This document shows, piece by piece, positions 36,356-45,960 of a DNA stretch of 64,000 nt (position 1 is its first letter; each line of letters starts with the position of its first letter). A model generated the notes under the pieces. That model had not been told where the DNA came from and did not search any database. It worked only from the letters and a program-made list of their open reading frames with translations. The DNA comes from a virus, in IMG/VR virus record IMGVR_UViG_3300028840_005911, positions 96,001 to 160,000 of that record; one strand, written 5' to 3'. The translations under genes and the position numbers were made by a program.

Positions 36356-37061
36356 GTTTCCTAACCTCCTGTCTCTGGTTATGGACTTCCAGGATGGTGG
36401 AGCACATCTCCAGGAGATCGTCAACGGACATGTTGCTCTTCATCTCGTTTACCACTCTACAACAAAGAACCACGTTGTCCTTCGTGTACCCTTTACGGGA
36501 ATCGACCCTGTCTATACTCACCGCTTCAGGTTTTCTTCGCCCGTCGAATGTCATTTTACGACTTGTGTAGTGGCACAGCCCCTTCTGTCTGTACCACAAC
36601 CGGACCAGGAACTCTTTGGTAAGATCGAAATCCATACCTGCGTTCCTGGCCCTTGTTCTGGACGCACCCAGAAGGCTCATGAGCCTATGGGAGGGAGACT
36701 TACCGAGTCTGCGCTTGTCGTATTCAAGGCGGCACTCTTTACAGTAAGTATCAACATCCTTCCCTTTTCCGTAGTACTCCTCAAGGGGTTTGATGAACCC
36801 ACACTCTCGACAGATGCGGGCCCCGTCCAGCTCGGAGTCGATCTCCTTCATCTTCTTGGCTTTGGCCGCCCTAAACCTGAGCTCTTCGGCCTTCTCGACT
36901 CCAACTACCTTTTCCCGCCTACGCTGTTGGGACTCCAGGGCGCTGGCCTTGGCGCACGGCTTACAGTAGCCGGCAGGTTTACCCTTCCTGAAGTAGAACT
37001 CCCGGAAGGGTTTGTGCTCCTCACAATGAGGGCACCACCTGGTCTGGTCCGCAGAAGACAT
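36348..37061 (-). CDS. free-standing His-Me finger (HNH-like) homing endonuclease
   Basis: two CxxC..F/Y..YCKxC Zn fingers; LCHY...SIDRVDSRKGYTKDNVVLCC..VN.MK. Confidence 0.85.
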   Translation of the reverse strand: MSSADQTRWCPHCEEHKPFREFYFRKGKPAGYCKPCAKASALESQQRRREKVVGVEKAEELRFRAAKAKKMKEIDSELDGARICRECGFIKPLEEYYGKGKDVDTYCKECRLEYDKRRLGKSPSHRLMSLLGASRTRARNAGMDFDLTKEFLVRLWYRQKGLCHYTSRKMTFDGRRKPEAVSIDRVDSRKGYTKDNVVLCCRVVNEMKSNMSVDDLLEMCSTILEVHNQRQEVRKHG

Positions 37062-37065
37062 TCGA

Positions 37066-37791
37066 CTATGTCACGATCCCGAGCGTGATGGGATCCGCTG
37101 TGACGCCGTCCGACGAGACAGTACACACCGCAGCGTCACCATTTGCCATGCCGGTCAGGTCGGTGACCTCGAGAGGAAGAGCGGTGTCGGTGATGGCACC
37201 GTTGACTTCCTGCGCGATCCCGCCGACTGAGACCACGAAGCCTTCGCCGACGCCCCCCGACAGAGACGCCTGAGCGGTCACGACCGGAACACCTGCGCCA
37301 CCGGAGACGACCTGGACCAAGCGCGCCGCATCGGCATCACCGTCGATGGCCACCTTGACGGCGTCTGCGTCGTCCGAGGCACCACCCTTGTCGATCTCGA
37401 TGTCGGTTCCAGACACGGCGATGGCCAGACCACCACCGGCGCTGTCCACGATCTCGACCGTGATGCTGTTGCCGGGCTCGCCGGGACGATTGGCGGTGAA
37501 CGCCAGCTCCGCAGTACCGGTGCCGACCGACAGCGTAGCCTTGGTCTGGCTCTGCAGGAGCTCGGTGCCTGTGATGGCGACATCGACAGGGAGGCCGGCG
37601 ATGGAAATCGCAGTACCGCCTGTTGCGAAGTCGACGGTCGGGAATCCTGTGCGACCTTCCAGACGCCCGAATGCGGACTCGGTGTCGTCGCGAAGGTCAG
37701 CGACCTCTCCTGCTACGCCGCCCTTGCCGAGCCGGACAAGGTGAGGCTTGTTGGGGCCTTCATTGCTGAATGAGCGTGATCCTGATGACAT
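37066..37791 (-). CDS. virion structural protein (tail-associated, Ig-like)
   Basis: Gly/Thr/Ala-rich beta protein; FTANRPG..GN.I.V...LSGG pattern typical of sheath insert domains. Confidence 0.55.
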   Translation of the reverse strand: MSSGSRSFSNEGPNKPHLVRLGKGGVAGEVADLRDDTESAFGRLEGRTGFPTVDFATGGTAISIAGLPVDVAITGTELLQSQTKATLSVGTGTAELAFTANRPGEPGNSITVEIVDSAGGGLAIAVSGTDIEIDKGGASDDADAVKVAIDGDADAARLVQVVSGGAGVPVVTAQASLSGGVGEGFVVSVGGIAQEVNGAITDTALPLEVTDLTGMANGDAAVCTVSSDGVTADPITLGIVT

Positions 37792-37806
37792 TGTGTTCTC
37801 CTCTTC

Positions 37807-38631
37807 TTATTGTAGTCTAGTGAGTATTGCCTTCATACGGGCAGCTACTCGCTCCCCGCCCGACATCTTCTTGTTTACCAGCTTTTCGAGAACGGTGATG
37901 GCCTCCTCCACGTTCTGAATAGGCTCGTGTCCGTACCCGTGGGACTTCTTGGTCCGTAGTTGGAGATTCTCTATCCGGTTGTCGTCCCTGGTCCCGTTGA
38001 TGTGGTGCACGACCTCGTCCGCAGTAAGGTATCGTCCTACGTGCTCCTCCATCACCAGCCGGTGCTCCAGGACGTAACCATCTTTGTCGGCATTTGGGTG
38101 CCCCTTGCACATCTTCTTGAGATACCCGCGCTGATAGGTGCGATAACCCTTTGGGAGACGTCCCCTGTTCTTTTTCTCCCTGAGCTTGTTCCCGTCCTCG
38201 TCGATGATCCCAGCTTGGCGCTGGATTGCATGCTTGTTGCACATCCACCGATTCACAGGGCGTCTCTCGCAGCCAGGGACCTTGCACTCGGCGGCCTTCG
38301 GGTACGAAGCTAAGGATTTTCCGGAGTCCGCCTCCGGGACCTTTACTCCGACATCCTCGCCCTTCTTCCATCTCTGCCAATGAGCAGAACAGAGGCCTCG
38401 CCCTACTGGACGACTCCCGCATTCTGGAACTATGCACCTGGCTCCAGGGCCGTAAGAGCGCACCCTTTTCGGTGGGCGAAGCTCCTCTCCGGTCTCTACA
38501 TCTATTTGACCTCTGCGGGTCGCCATGTAGTGATTGAAGCAAAACCCCTTCGCCCCCTTCTTCGTAGTGTTTGTACACCCTTCGAACCTGCATTCCGGCC
38601 ACTCTGTTCTCTTCGGTCTTCCTTTTTTCAT
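37807..38631 (-). CDS. HNH homing endonuclease with three Zn-finger repeats
   Basis: C..PxC......GxC..H repeats; GYVLEHRLVME..VGR.L...EVVHHING.RDDNRIENLQL. Confidence 0.93.
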   Translation of the reverse strand: MKKGRPKRTEWPECRFEGCTNTTKKGAKGFCFNHYMATRRGQIDVETGEELRPPKRVRSYGPGARCIVPECGSRPVGRGLCSAHWQRWKKGEDVGVKVPEADSGKSLASYPKAAECKVPGCERRPVNRWMCNKHAIQRQAGIIDEDGNKLREKKNRGRLPKGYRTYQRGYLKKMCKGHPNADKDGYVLEHRLVMEEHVGRYLTADEVVHHINGTRDDNRIENLQLRTKKSHGYGHEPIQNVEEAITVLEKLVNKKMSGGERVAARMKAILTRLQ

Positions 38632-38664
38632 GAGGTAACCTCCTTTTCGGTTACCTCACTTATA
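38631..38664 (-). promoter_or_regulatory. RBS-sequestering hairpin with an abutting TATAAG box
   Basis: TATAAG-TGAGGTAACC-GAAAAGGA-GGTTACCTCA-TG; perfect 10-bp stem covering AAGGAGG and the start. Confidence 0.75.
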
Positions 38665-38676
38665 ACTAACTTTGGA

Positions 38677-41600
38677 CTAAACTACAAGTACGAGTCTCAC
38701 GTAATTGCATGGATATGGAACGTCCAAAGTGATGTCGATCAACACCGTGTCCGGGTTGTCAGCGTCCTGGATGATGTTGTTCACATCCGCCCCGATGACC
38801 ACATTGTTCTCCCTGAGGAACGACCCCAGGCCCTCAACCACCGTGCTGAGGTTGTCCAGGAAGGGCTGTGTGATGTTGGACCGTCCAATGAAGGTCCGCA
38901 GACCCTTGCGGTAGAACTTCGCACAGTAGTCGACCACCTTCGTGATGGACAGCTCTCGGGTCTCGATACTGGTGAGGTCCGTGGAGAGCTGGTGGCGACA
39001 GATGACCGGGGCACCATCCTCGTCCTGGACCAGAATGTATGTACCACCGGCCGCCATCACGTTCATCTGGCGGTTGGTGAACTTGTCGTTCGACCCCACT
39101 ACCCTGGTCAGGCCGGTGATCGGGAAGTTGGTGAACCCCTGCTGCGGAGGCTGCTGGCCAACCATGCCCGAGATACAGGCTGTGGCGTAGTACCCCTCCA
39201 CGAGCTGCTCGAGCCCGGTGACGTTGATCCCACACTGATCAGGGTGGACGTAGTACATCCTCCGGTCACCGTAGGTCTGAGCAACACCCTGGATAGTCTC
39301 GGCGATGGCCTGATAGTCAGGCTTGGTTGTGCCCGAGACCAGGAGCTCGTCACCACGGATGTACAGAGACCAGTCGTCGCTGATGATCCCAGTGGGGAGC
39401 GTAGTCTCGCTGAAGAACGAGTCGGAGTTTCCATCCCCAGTCGCGAAGGTGGTCCGCAGAGTGATTGTCGTACCCCCTGTCACCTTCTGGACCAGGTAGT
39501 ACTTGTCGTCGGTCCCCAGGTCGATATAGACCTCGTTCTCGATTGCTCCCGTGGTCGGGTTGATGTCCAGATTGGGATCGATACCCGCTGCGATGAGGGC
39601 CGGAGCCACGTTCACATCCACGGTGAGCTCGTTCGAGGTCGGGGTGGAGTTCGCATCGGTTCCAGATGCCAGAAGGTCCGGGGAAGCCCGGTCCGGGATC
39701 TCCGGGTTGAAGAAGTAGATGCGCTCACCCTTCTGCTCGGGCTCGCTCATGAAGTTCACGTGGGTCTGGAAGGTCTGATGCACCACCGGGTTCTGCGAGG
39801 CGGTACAGATGGCGTAGACCTCCTTGCTCTCCAGGTACTCCGCGCAGGTGGCATATCCTGCCGGGGTGCCGTCCGGTGCATCCGCAGAGACCTCAGGGAC
39901 GCCGATGGATGCCACTGTCACGCCGGGGGCGTTGAGCAGTTGCAGGTAGAGCATCAAGGCACCGGGGTTGTCGGTGCTGATGGGATCTGCAACCTCTCCG
40001 ACCGTCGATGTGTCATCCACGGTGAGCAGGCTCGGCTCATCGGCGTCCGGGCTCAGATCGAGACGCAGTGCCTTGTAGGCGATGTACGTGTCCGCGAACC
40101 CGCCGGCGAACGGATCACCGGTCAGGCCGTCACGCAGGATCTGGCTCTGTAGAACGATGTTACCACTGACGTCGATAGCCATATCAGGGGCAGGCCTGCC
40201 GCCGCCAGTAACGCTAGTATCGTCCGTAAAACCGAGAATAGAATTCGCAGAACCATCTGTCACCTCGATTTCGGAAGCCTCCCCGACCTTGTTGCTCTCC
40301 AGCTTCAGGTACGGGGGAGAGTCGGAGGTGGCCTCGGCGATGTTGGTTGTGAGCTCGTTGATCTTGTCGAGGACATGCTGCAGGGAGGTCCCGCCATCAT
40401 CCTCGTCGGCCACGAAGGTCACGTCATACTCTGTCGGGTTGTTGTCCAGAGACCACTTGAAGTTGGTACCGTCCAGGTCGGTATCCGTACCGTTGTAGGT
40501 ACCGATGGCCAGGTTGGGAACGGAATCCGTGGCGGTGATATCGATCTCTGCTGTGAGACCAACGTTCTCTCCACGGGTTCGGATGGCGAAGTAGGTCCCT
40601 GTAGCGGACTCCACACCTGTGCTGAGTGCGGAGTAGGCCTCGGTCCAGAGTGCCTGAGAGTTCCAGTCAGCGATGGCGGCTGACAAGGTGCCGTGGGCGG
40701 CGGCCCAGGTAATGGTCTCCGCCGCCTTGGCCGTACCCTTGAACTCCGGGGTATAGGTGATGGTCTCAGCATTGACCGTGGCGCTGAAGGCAAGGGCCCC
40801 AACCGCGAACGCCGGGGTACCGGGCAGGTACCTGATGTTCTCACCGACGTCGGTGCTGGCCAGGGTCATACCCAGGTTCATGCCGGCCGTCTCTGCGGAG
40901 TAGGTGATCCCCGCCCCGGAGCCGGTGTTGTCCGCCTTGGTGCGCAGACCAAGGTAGGTACCCGTCGAGTGCTCGTCACCGACGTCGTTTGCCGGGTAGG
41001 CCTCGAAGTTGGTCGCTGCAGCATTGATTCCGGCGATGGCTGCGGCAAGGTCTGCCCAACCCGCCCCGGAGCTGATGGTCTCAGTGGTCTGAGCCACACC
41101 ATCGATGGTGACATCGCAGTCGAAGCTCTCGCTGGCCCCAATCGGGTAGGTACCGGTCGAGGCACCCACGATGTAGGCGACCGAGGCGGCAGATGTCTGC
41201 TGGGTTCCGGTCTGTGCTGCCGCCGTGCTTGCCGACGGAGCCGGGTAGGAGAGCCCGTTGGCCCTGACCCAGAAGTACTTGGGAGCAAACGGCACGTTGG
41301 CCGTCATGATGTTCTGCTCGACCTCCATGGTCAGGCGGCTGGTAGTCACCGACACCACTTCCCCGATGTCCACACCCTCGGCCACGACCGTGTCGCCAGC
41401 CAAGATACTGTAGGAGGTGAAGTCCACAGCCGAGGCGGCAGGGGTGTCACCAGCGCTGAGCAGCTTCTGAGTGGTACCCTGGTAGAACTCGATGCGGGGG
41501 CTAAGCAAATCGCTGTCCCCATCGTCGATGGCGTAGAACCCGGCACCGACAGCCAGCTCGGGCTCGGCGGCGCTGAATCCGAGGCCATCGGCCACAGCGT

Positions 41601-42276
41601 TGGCTGTGCCAGTCTCACGCACGACCACGGACGCACGGGCTCCGTACCTGGTGGACTGCAGAGCCAGCTTGCCAGCGTCCCCACCGACACCGGTGATCTC
41701 CTGGCCGTCGAAGGCGACCCCAGGGACAACGGCGTTGATCTGGGCTATGACCTCGGAGATGGTGAGGGTCCCGCCCGGGGTAGTGGCCGCGAAGGTGATG
41801 GTGACATCAGCAGACGTCGGCAGGGTCCCAGCAGTCGGAGGCAGCGCAGTATGGCTGTCCTTCTGGAAGATGAGGGTCCTGCCATCGATGTCGAACCCAG
41901 CGGGCTGCCCGGTGCCCATCACGTAGGGCTGGGTGGACGTGTTGATGTTCGCCAGGAAAGCCTGAGTCTGGCTGAGCTCGTTCAGGGCTCCTCCAAAGTT
42001 GAAGAAGGTCCTGATGCTGTCTTCCTGGATGTCCACCTCATCGATGTTCCCTCGCGGAGAGGGGAACGATGACTGGCTGACGGTGACCTCGAACTGCACG
42101 TAGAGGTCTGTCAGCTTGGCATCACTGTTCACAGTCCCGTCGCTGTTGGTCACCTCGATCACTTCGAAGAACGGAGCGACACTGCAGGGGACCAGGGTCG
42201 GGGTCACAATCGTGGGGGATGTCGACTGGAACTCCTGGATTACTTCTGTTCCCGGCCTTGCGAGCTCAGTAGCCAT
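38677..42276 (-). CDS. contractile tail sheath protein
   Basis: 1199 aa; N-term PGTEVIQE; C-terminal QGFTN, RHQLSTD, ELSITKVVDY, D.PD.V...L.VPYP.NY. Confidence 0.9.
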   Translation of the reverse strand: MATELARPGTEVIQEFQSTSPTIVTPTLVPCSVAPFFEVIEVTNSDGTVNSDAKLTDLYVQFEVTVSQSSFPSPRGNIDEVDIQEDSIRTFFNFGGALNELSQTQAFLANINTSTQPYVMGTGQPAGFDIDGRTLIFQKDSHTALPPTAGTLPTSADVTITFAATTPGGTLTISEVIAQINAVVPGVAFDGQEITGVGGDAGKLALQSTRYGARASVVVRETGTANAVADGLGFSAAEPELAVGAGFYAIDDGDSDLLSPRIEFYQGTTQKLLSAGDTPAASAVDFTSYSILAGDTVVAEGVDIGEVVSVTTSRLTMEVEQNIMTANVPFAPKYFWVRANGLSYPAPSASTAAAQTGTQQTSAASVAYIVGASTGTYPIGASESFDCDVTIDGVAQTTETISSGAGWADLAAAIAGINAAATNFEAYPANDVGDEHSTGTYLGLRTKADNTGSGAGITYSAETAGMNLGMTLASTDVGENIRYLPGTPAFAVGALAFSATVNAETITYTPEFKGTAKAAETITWAAAHGTLSAAIADWNSQALWTEAYSALSTGVESATGTYFAIRTRGENVGLTAEIDITATDSVPNLAIGTYNGTDTDLDGTNFKWSLDNNPTEYDVTFVADEDDGGTSLQHVLDKINELTTNIAEATSDSPPYLKLESNKVGEASEIEVTDGSANSILGFTDDTSVTGGGRPAPDMAIDVSGNIVLQSQILRDGLTGDPFAGGFADTYIAYKALRLDLSPDADEPSLLTVDDTSTVGEVADPISTDNPGALMLYLQLLNAPGVTVASIGVPEVSADAPDGTPAGYATCAEYLESKEVYAICTASQNPVVHQTFQTHVNFMSEPEQKGERIYFFNPEIPDRASPDLLASGTDANSTPTSNELTVDVNVAPALIAAGIDPNLDINPTTGAIENEVYIDLGTDDKYYLVQKVTGGTTITLRTTFATGDGNSDSFFSETTLPTGIISDDWSLYIRGDELLVSGTTKPDYQAIAETIQGVAQTYGDRRMYYVHPDQCGINVTGLEQLVEGYYATACISGMVGQQPPQQGFTNFPITGLTRVVGSNDKFTNRQMNVMAAGGTYILVQDEDGAPVICRHQLSTDLTSIETRELSITKVVDYCAKFYRKGLRTFIGRSNITQPFLDNLSTVVEGLGSFLRENNVVIGADVNNIIQDADNPDTVLIDITLDVPYPCNYVRLVLVV

Positions 42277-42290
42277 CTTAGCACTCCTCT

Positions 42291-43076
42291 TTACGTGGGA
42301 TATGATTCCTCATCCACTTCTTGTTCAAAAGATACCTCGGGCGGCTCTGTCACCAATGGTTGTGATGTAACGACCCGTCCCCTCACTCGAGGGGGTCTAA
42401 CTTGGTTAAGCCTCCCGGCGCTGTACATCGATTGAGCCTTGTTGACCTTGAGGGTCAGCTCGAGCTTCCTCCAGACCTGGGTGTCCAGGCTCCGAATGAT
42501 CCACTGGGGTTGCCAGAAGAACGGCACCGTGACTACCACACCGATGAGCTCGTCCACGGCCAGCGGGCCGACGTAGGCGGACGCCGGAGACTCTTCGCTG
42601 ATTCCATGGTTCTGCGCCACCTTGTGGATGCCATCGATCTTGCACATGATCCTGTGGAACACGTTCGTGTAGAACGAGGCGTTCCACGCCATTACCCTGG
42701 CGAAGTTGCCGGACTTGGACATGCAATGGTAAGCCATAGTCGAGGAGACCAGGTCTGTGTGCTTCCGCTCCCCGGTACTGAAGGTAGTATGCTGGTGTTG
42801 GTCGAGGCTGATGTTACCCCACTGCGACTTTCCGAGTATACATACGATATGCGGCAGCTTCTCGATAGCCGATACCTCTGGCTTCTCAGCGGTTATCATG
42901 AGCTCGGTCATCTCTTCATTGGGGCTCCACCGAAGACCGCAACCCTCTGGGAACTCCCTGAAGAGGTTCTGCAAGAAGTAGACGAAGATGCGCTGAAGCT
43001 GGGTCATGGGGTCGGATCCCATCCCAGGTTCGAACGGCTGGAAAGGCCGCGCTGTTGCTGCGGGGCTGTTCGTCAT
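42291..43076 (-). CDS. putative tail terminator / neck protein
   Basis: position just upstream of the sheath; size and beta-rich content. Confidence 0.5.
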   Translation of the reverse strand: MTNSPAATARPFQPFEPGMGSDPMTQLQRIFVYFLQNLFREFPEGCGLRWSPNEEMTELMITAEKPEVSAIEKLPHIVCILGKSQWGNISLDQHQHTTFSTGERKHTDLVSSTMAYHCMSKSGNFARVMAWNASFYTNVFHRIMCKIDGIHKVAQNHGISEESPASAYVGPLAVDELIGVVVTVPFFWQPQWIIRSLDTQVWRKLELTLKVNKAQSMYSAGRLNQVRPPRVRGRVVTSQPLVTEPPEVSFEQEVDEESYPT

Positions 43077-43396
43077 TTCTTCGCCTTCCTCATACCTTTG
43101 GCAGCGGCCTGAGCAGCGAGTTGCTGCTGTTGTCCAATCGCCATTGCCGCGCCCATCGTGGCCACACTACCAAGAGTCCCGGCTACCATCTTGAAGAGCT
43201 GGGGGTTCTTTATCAGATTGGGAGCCAGCTTCCTTATGCCGGGCTCTATCCCAGCTGCCAGGGCCATCCCTGCACCCATCCCGACTCCAGAAGCGAGCGC
43301 GTTCTTCAGAACCTGCTTCAAGACCGACTGGTTGACAGGAAGACTCTCCTCCTGAGCGATCTTCTCGAGCTCGTCTATGCAGGCATCGAAGTTCAT
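43073..43396 (-). CDS. putative head cargo protein with hydrophobic Gly/Ala helices
   Basis: N-terminal CIDELEKIA; GVGMGAGMALAAG. Confidence 0.6.
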   Translation of the reverse strand: MNFDACIDELEKIAQEESLPVNQSVLKQVLKNALASGVGMGAGMALAAGIEPGIRKLAPNLIKNPQLFKMVAGTLGSVATMGAAMAIGQQQQLAAQAAAKGMRKAKK

Positions 43397-44274
43397 ACTT
43401 CACCCAGAAGGTTCGGCACGGGGTTTCCGGCTCTCGGAGAGAGTGTCATTGGTCTTGTATACTCCCTCTCCGGAGAGAAATCCTGAGAGATATCAAGGCG
43501 GATGGGCACCTTGGACCTGATTTCCCCGGGCGGGATTCTATGTAAGACAAGTTCCTGATGCACAATAGCTCTCAGCTTCTCTGTCGTGGTCAACCTCTCG
43601 ACATGCCAACGTTTATTCTCAGCCTCTACAATCATATCTTTGGGCTTTATAGGTGGGAAGGCGGAAACCCTGGCGGTAGTATCCTGTTTGGCGCGCTCAT
43701 TGGGGTCGGTTCTCTGGATAGACTTCGACGAAGGGTCGATCTGGATGTAGATCTTTATCGGGCTCGCAAAGCCCCCAACCCATCTCATGTCGTAGCACGT
43801 GCCGCAGTTCTGCATCTTACCACGGCCGATGGTATTTCCTTCTGGACCGACGTCCACGCAGTGGCGGCATTTCTGTCCAAAGGTAAGGGCCGGGTAAAGG
43901 AGAGCAACCCTGCCGTTGAACTCCTTGAGCAGAAGGTAGTGCCTCCTCTGGATCTCAAGGGCTATCCTGTCAGGCTTCTCCCTGAGCCACTCCGGACCGA
44001 AGTTGCGTTCGGATCCGTCGTCCTTGTTCACGATCTTGAGACGGTAGTAATAGTTCCGCCACTTGTGCAGAAGATGTACGTCAGGGTCGCGAAGGAGGTA
44101 GATGTTCTGTAGGGGCCCAGCCAGTTGATGGTAAGGTCCACCGGGCCCATCGACGCTGCGGTAGACGTAGAAGTCGAAACGCGAGAGGATCTCGTCAGAG
44201 GTGACAACCTCCCAGAAGATGTCCAGATGGTCGAGGTCGAATGACCTCACCACGAATTTGGTGACTTCGATCAA
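43393..44274 (-). CDS. putative head-closure/neck protein
   Basis: FN3-like N-part, C..C...C.TCY, head-closure-like C-part; located between capsid and sheath genes. Confidence 0.45.
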   Translation of the reverse strand: MIEVTKFVVRSFDLDHLDIFWEVVTSDEILSRFDFYVYRSVDGPGGPYHQLAGPLQNIYLLRDPDVHLLHKWRNYYYRLKIVNKDDGSERNFGPEWLREKPDRIALEIQRRHYLLLKEFNGRVALLYPALTFGQKCRHCVDVGPEGNTIGRGKMQNCGTCYDMRWVGGFASPIKIYIQIDPSSKSIQRTDPNERAKQDTTARVSAFPPIKPKDMIVEAENKRWHVERLTTTEKLRAIVHQELVLHRIPPGEIRSKVPIRLDISQDFSPEREYTRPMTLSPRAGNPVPNLLGEV

Positions 44275-45951
44275 TCATCCACCAAGCAACTGAGAAAGGT
44301 CTACTCCCTTGGACTTGGCCCACTCGAAGACTGAGTTTTTGCCAGCTTCGAAACCCTCTTCAAGGCCCATGTTTCTGGCCTTCACGGCTGCATTCTCGGC
44401 TACCTCTTCCAGTCTCTGAAGACCGCCTGCGGCTTCCCTACCGAAGGTCTGCGCAGCCAGTCCTCCCAGCCCACCTACAGCCGCCCCGGTGAGTCCGCCG
44501 ATGGCAGCCCCCCGTGCTGTCTGACCCTCAGGGGCACCGATGGCACCTGCTCCGGCTCCACCGAGACCAACCAACCCAGCTCCTACAGCTGCGGGACTGG
44601 TGGCCACCCCTTTGAGCAGCGACTTGATGCCCGACCCTGCAGCTGCTCCCTCTTTACGCAGGGTCGGTGTGCTAGGGACCTGACTCCCTTGGGGAGCGTT
44701 CCCAGTCAGTGCTCTGTGGTAGAGGGCCGCGCCGATGAGCGCCCCCTTACGGAGACCCATGAGAGCCCCGCTCCGGATGCCCTCCTGTTTACCGATACCG
44801 TACCCCCTGGCCATCTGAAGGTTCTGGATGGTACGTTCCTCCTCAGCTTCTTCACCCCCAACTCGCCTGCCGAGGGCCCGTCCACCGACGGCTCCTCCGG
44901 CCAGTCCCAGTCCCGCGCCGATGGCTGCACCAAGCCCGGTCCTGCCGGCCAGTCGACCGATCCCGGCGCCCAGACCTGTACCGAGGGCGCCACCTCCGAG
45001 ACCTCCGAGGATTCCTCCTCCAATGCCGTACTGGCGCTTCATGAATTCCGGGTCCACTCTCTCACGGGCTTCCTCGAGCGCCTCACGGAGCTCCTCTGGA
45101 GTTGCAGCAGTCTTCTCCTTCACAGCTTCCTTGATGGCCTTTACTCCCTTGCCGGCAAGCATACCACCGAGAGCTCCACCGCCGACTGCCCCAGCCCCGT
45201 AACCGAGAAGACCAGCCGGTAATCCAAGTCCGGGCCTTTTCAGGGCTCTGGATATCAAAGCGCCGAGACTTTGGCCTGCGGCGGCGCCTGTGATTCCGCC
45301 AATGCCAGCTCCGAGGGCTCCGGCGGGCAGTCCAGCGTAGCCCCCTGCCGGGCCCCCTTCTGCTGCTCCTGACATCATCCCACCTACCGTACCGGCAAGA
45401 AGGGGCAGGTGCTCCGGCCCAAGAACGACGCCAGACTTCTTCTCTTTCCAAGGCTTGATCGGCCCCTTGTATGGGGGGCCCTGTTCTTGCTTCCCAGGCT
45501 TGCCTTGGCGGGCAGCGATGCGGGCCTTCATTTCGGCCGGCATGTCAGGATGATCCCGCTTGAGAGCGCGGTAGATCTCCTTGACCTTCTCCGGGCGGTC
45601 CTGCTCTGTGAAAGAGGGCATGTCCTTTTTGGCCAGCTTCTCCTTGATGGGAACCCCGACAGGTCCTTCACCTTTGCCGACGCCCTTTCCCCTGCCTTTG
45701 CCCTTCGACTTGATCTTTCCTCCGGGGCATTCCTCGGCAGCCACCTTGCGCATGCCGCACATGCACTTCAGGATGGACCCGGTCTTCACCATGCCTCGCC
45801 CACACTGTGGGCAGTTGTCCTCGGGCATAAAGACCCCGGCCAGTTTGGCAAGATCCTCCGCCGGGAGTTTGGAGAGCTCCTCGGAGACTGTGTTCTTGGT
45901 CTCAATCTCCCCGGCTTCATTCTTCAGTTCCTCGAAATACTTGTCCAGCAT
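44275..45951 (-). CDS. modular Gly-rich putative internal/ejection protein
   Basis: several glycine-zipper hydrophobic tracts separated by KxA motifs; Zn ribbon. Confidence 0.55.
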   Translation of the reverse strand: MLDKYFEELKNEAGEIETKNTVSEELSKLPAEDLAKLAGVFMPEDNCPQCGRGMVKTGSILKCMCGMRKVAAEECPGGKIKSKGKGRGKGVGKGEGPVGVPIKEKLAKKDMPSFTEQDRPEKVKEIYRALKRDHPDMPAEMKARIAARQGKPGKQEQGPPYKGPIKPWKEKKSGVVLGPEHLPLLAGTVGGMMSGAAEGGPAGGYAGLPAGALGAGIGGITGAAAGQSLGALISRALKRPGLGLPAGLLGYGAGAVGGGALGGMLAGKGVKAIKEAVKEKTAATPEELREALEEARERVDPEFMKRQYGIGGGILGGLGGGALGTGLGAGIGRLAGRTGLGAAIGAGLGLAGGAVGGRALGRRVGGEEAEEERTIQNLQMARGYGIGKQEGIRSGALMGLRKGALIGAALYHRALTGNAPQGSQVPSTPTLRKEGAAAGSGIKSLLKGVATSPAAVGAGLVGLGGAGAGAIGAPEGQTARGAAIGGLTGAAVGGLGGLAAQTFGREAAGGLQRLEEVAENAAVKARNMGLEEGFEAGKNSVFEWAKSKGVDLSQLLGG

Positions 45952-45960
45952 GGTCTTCTC

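Noticed and set aside
38380-42072. Long plus-strand ORFs opposite the sheath gene (and similar ones opposite dinG, MCP and scaffold genes)
   Set aside because: Antisense shadows caused by GC-rich third-position bias; no RBS or motifs
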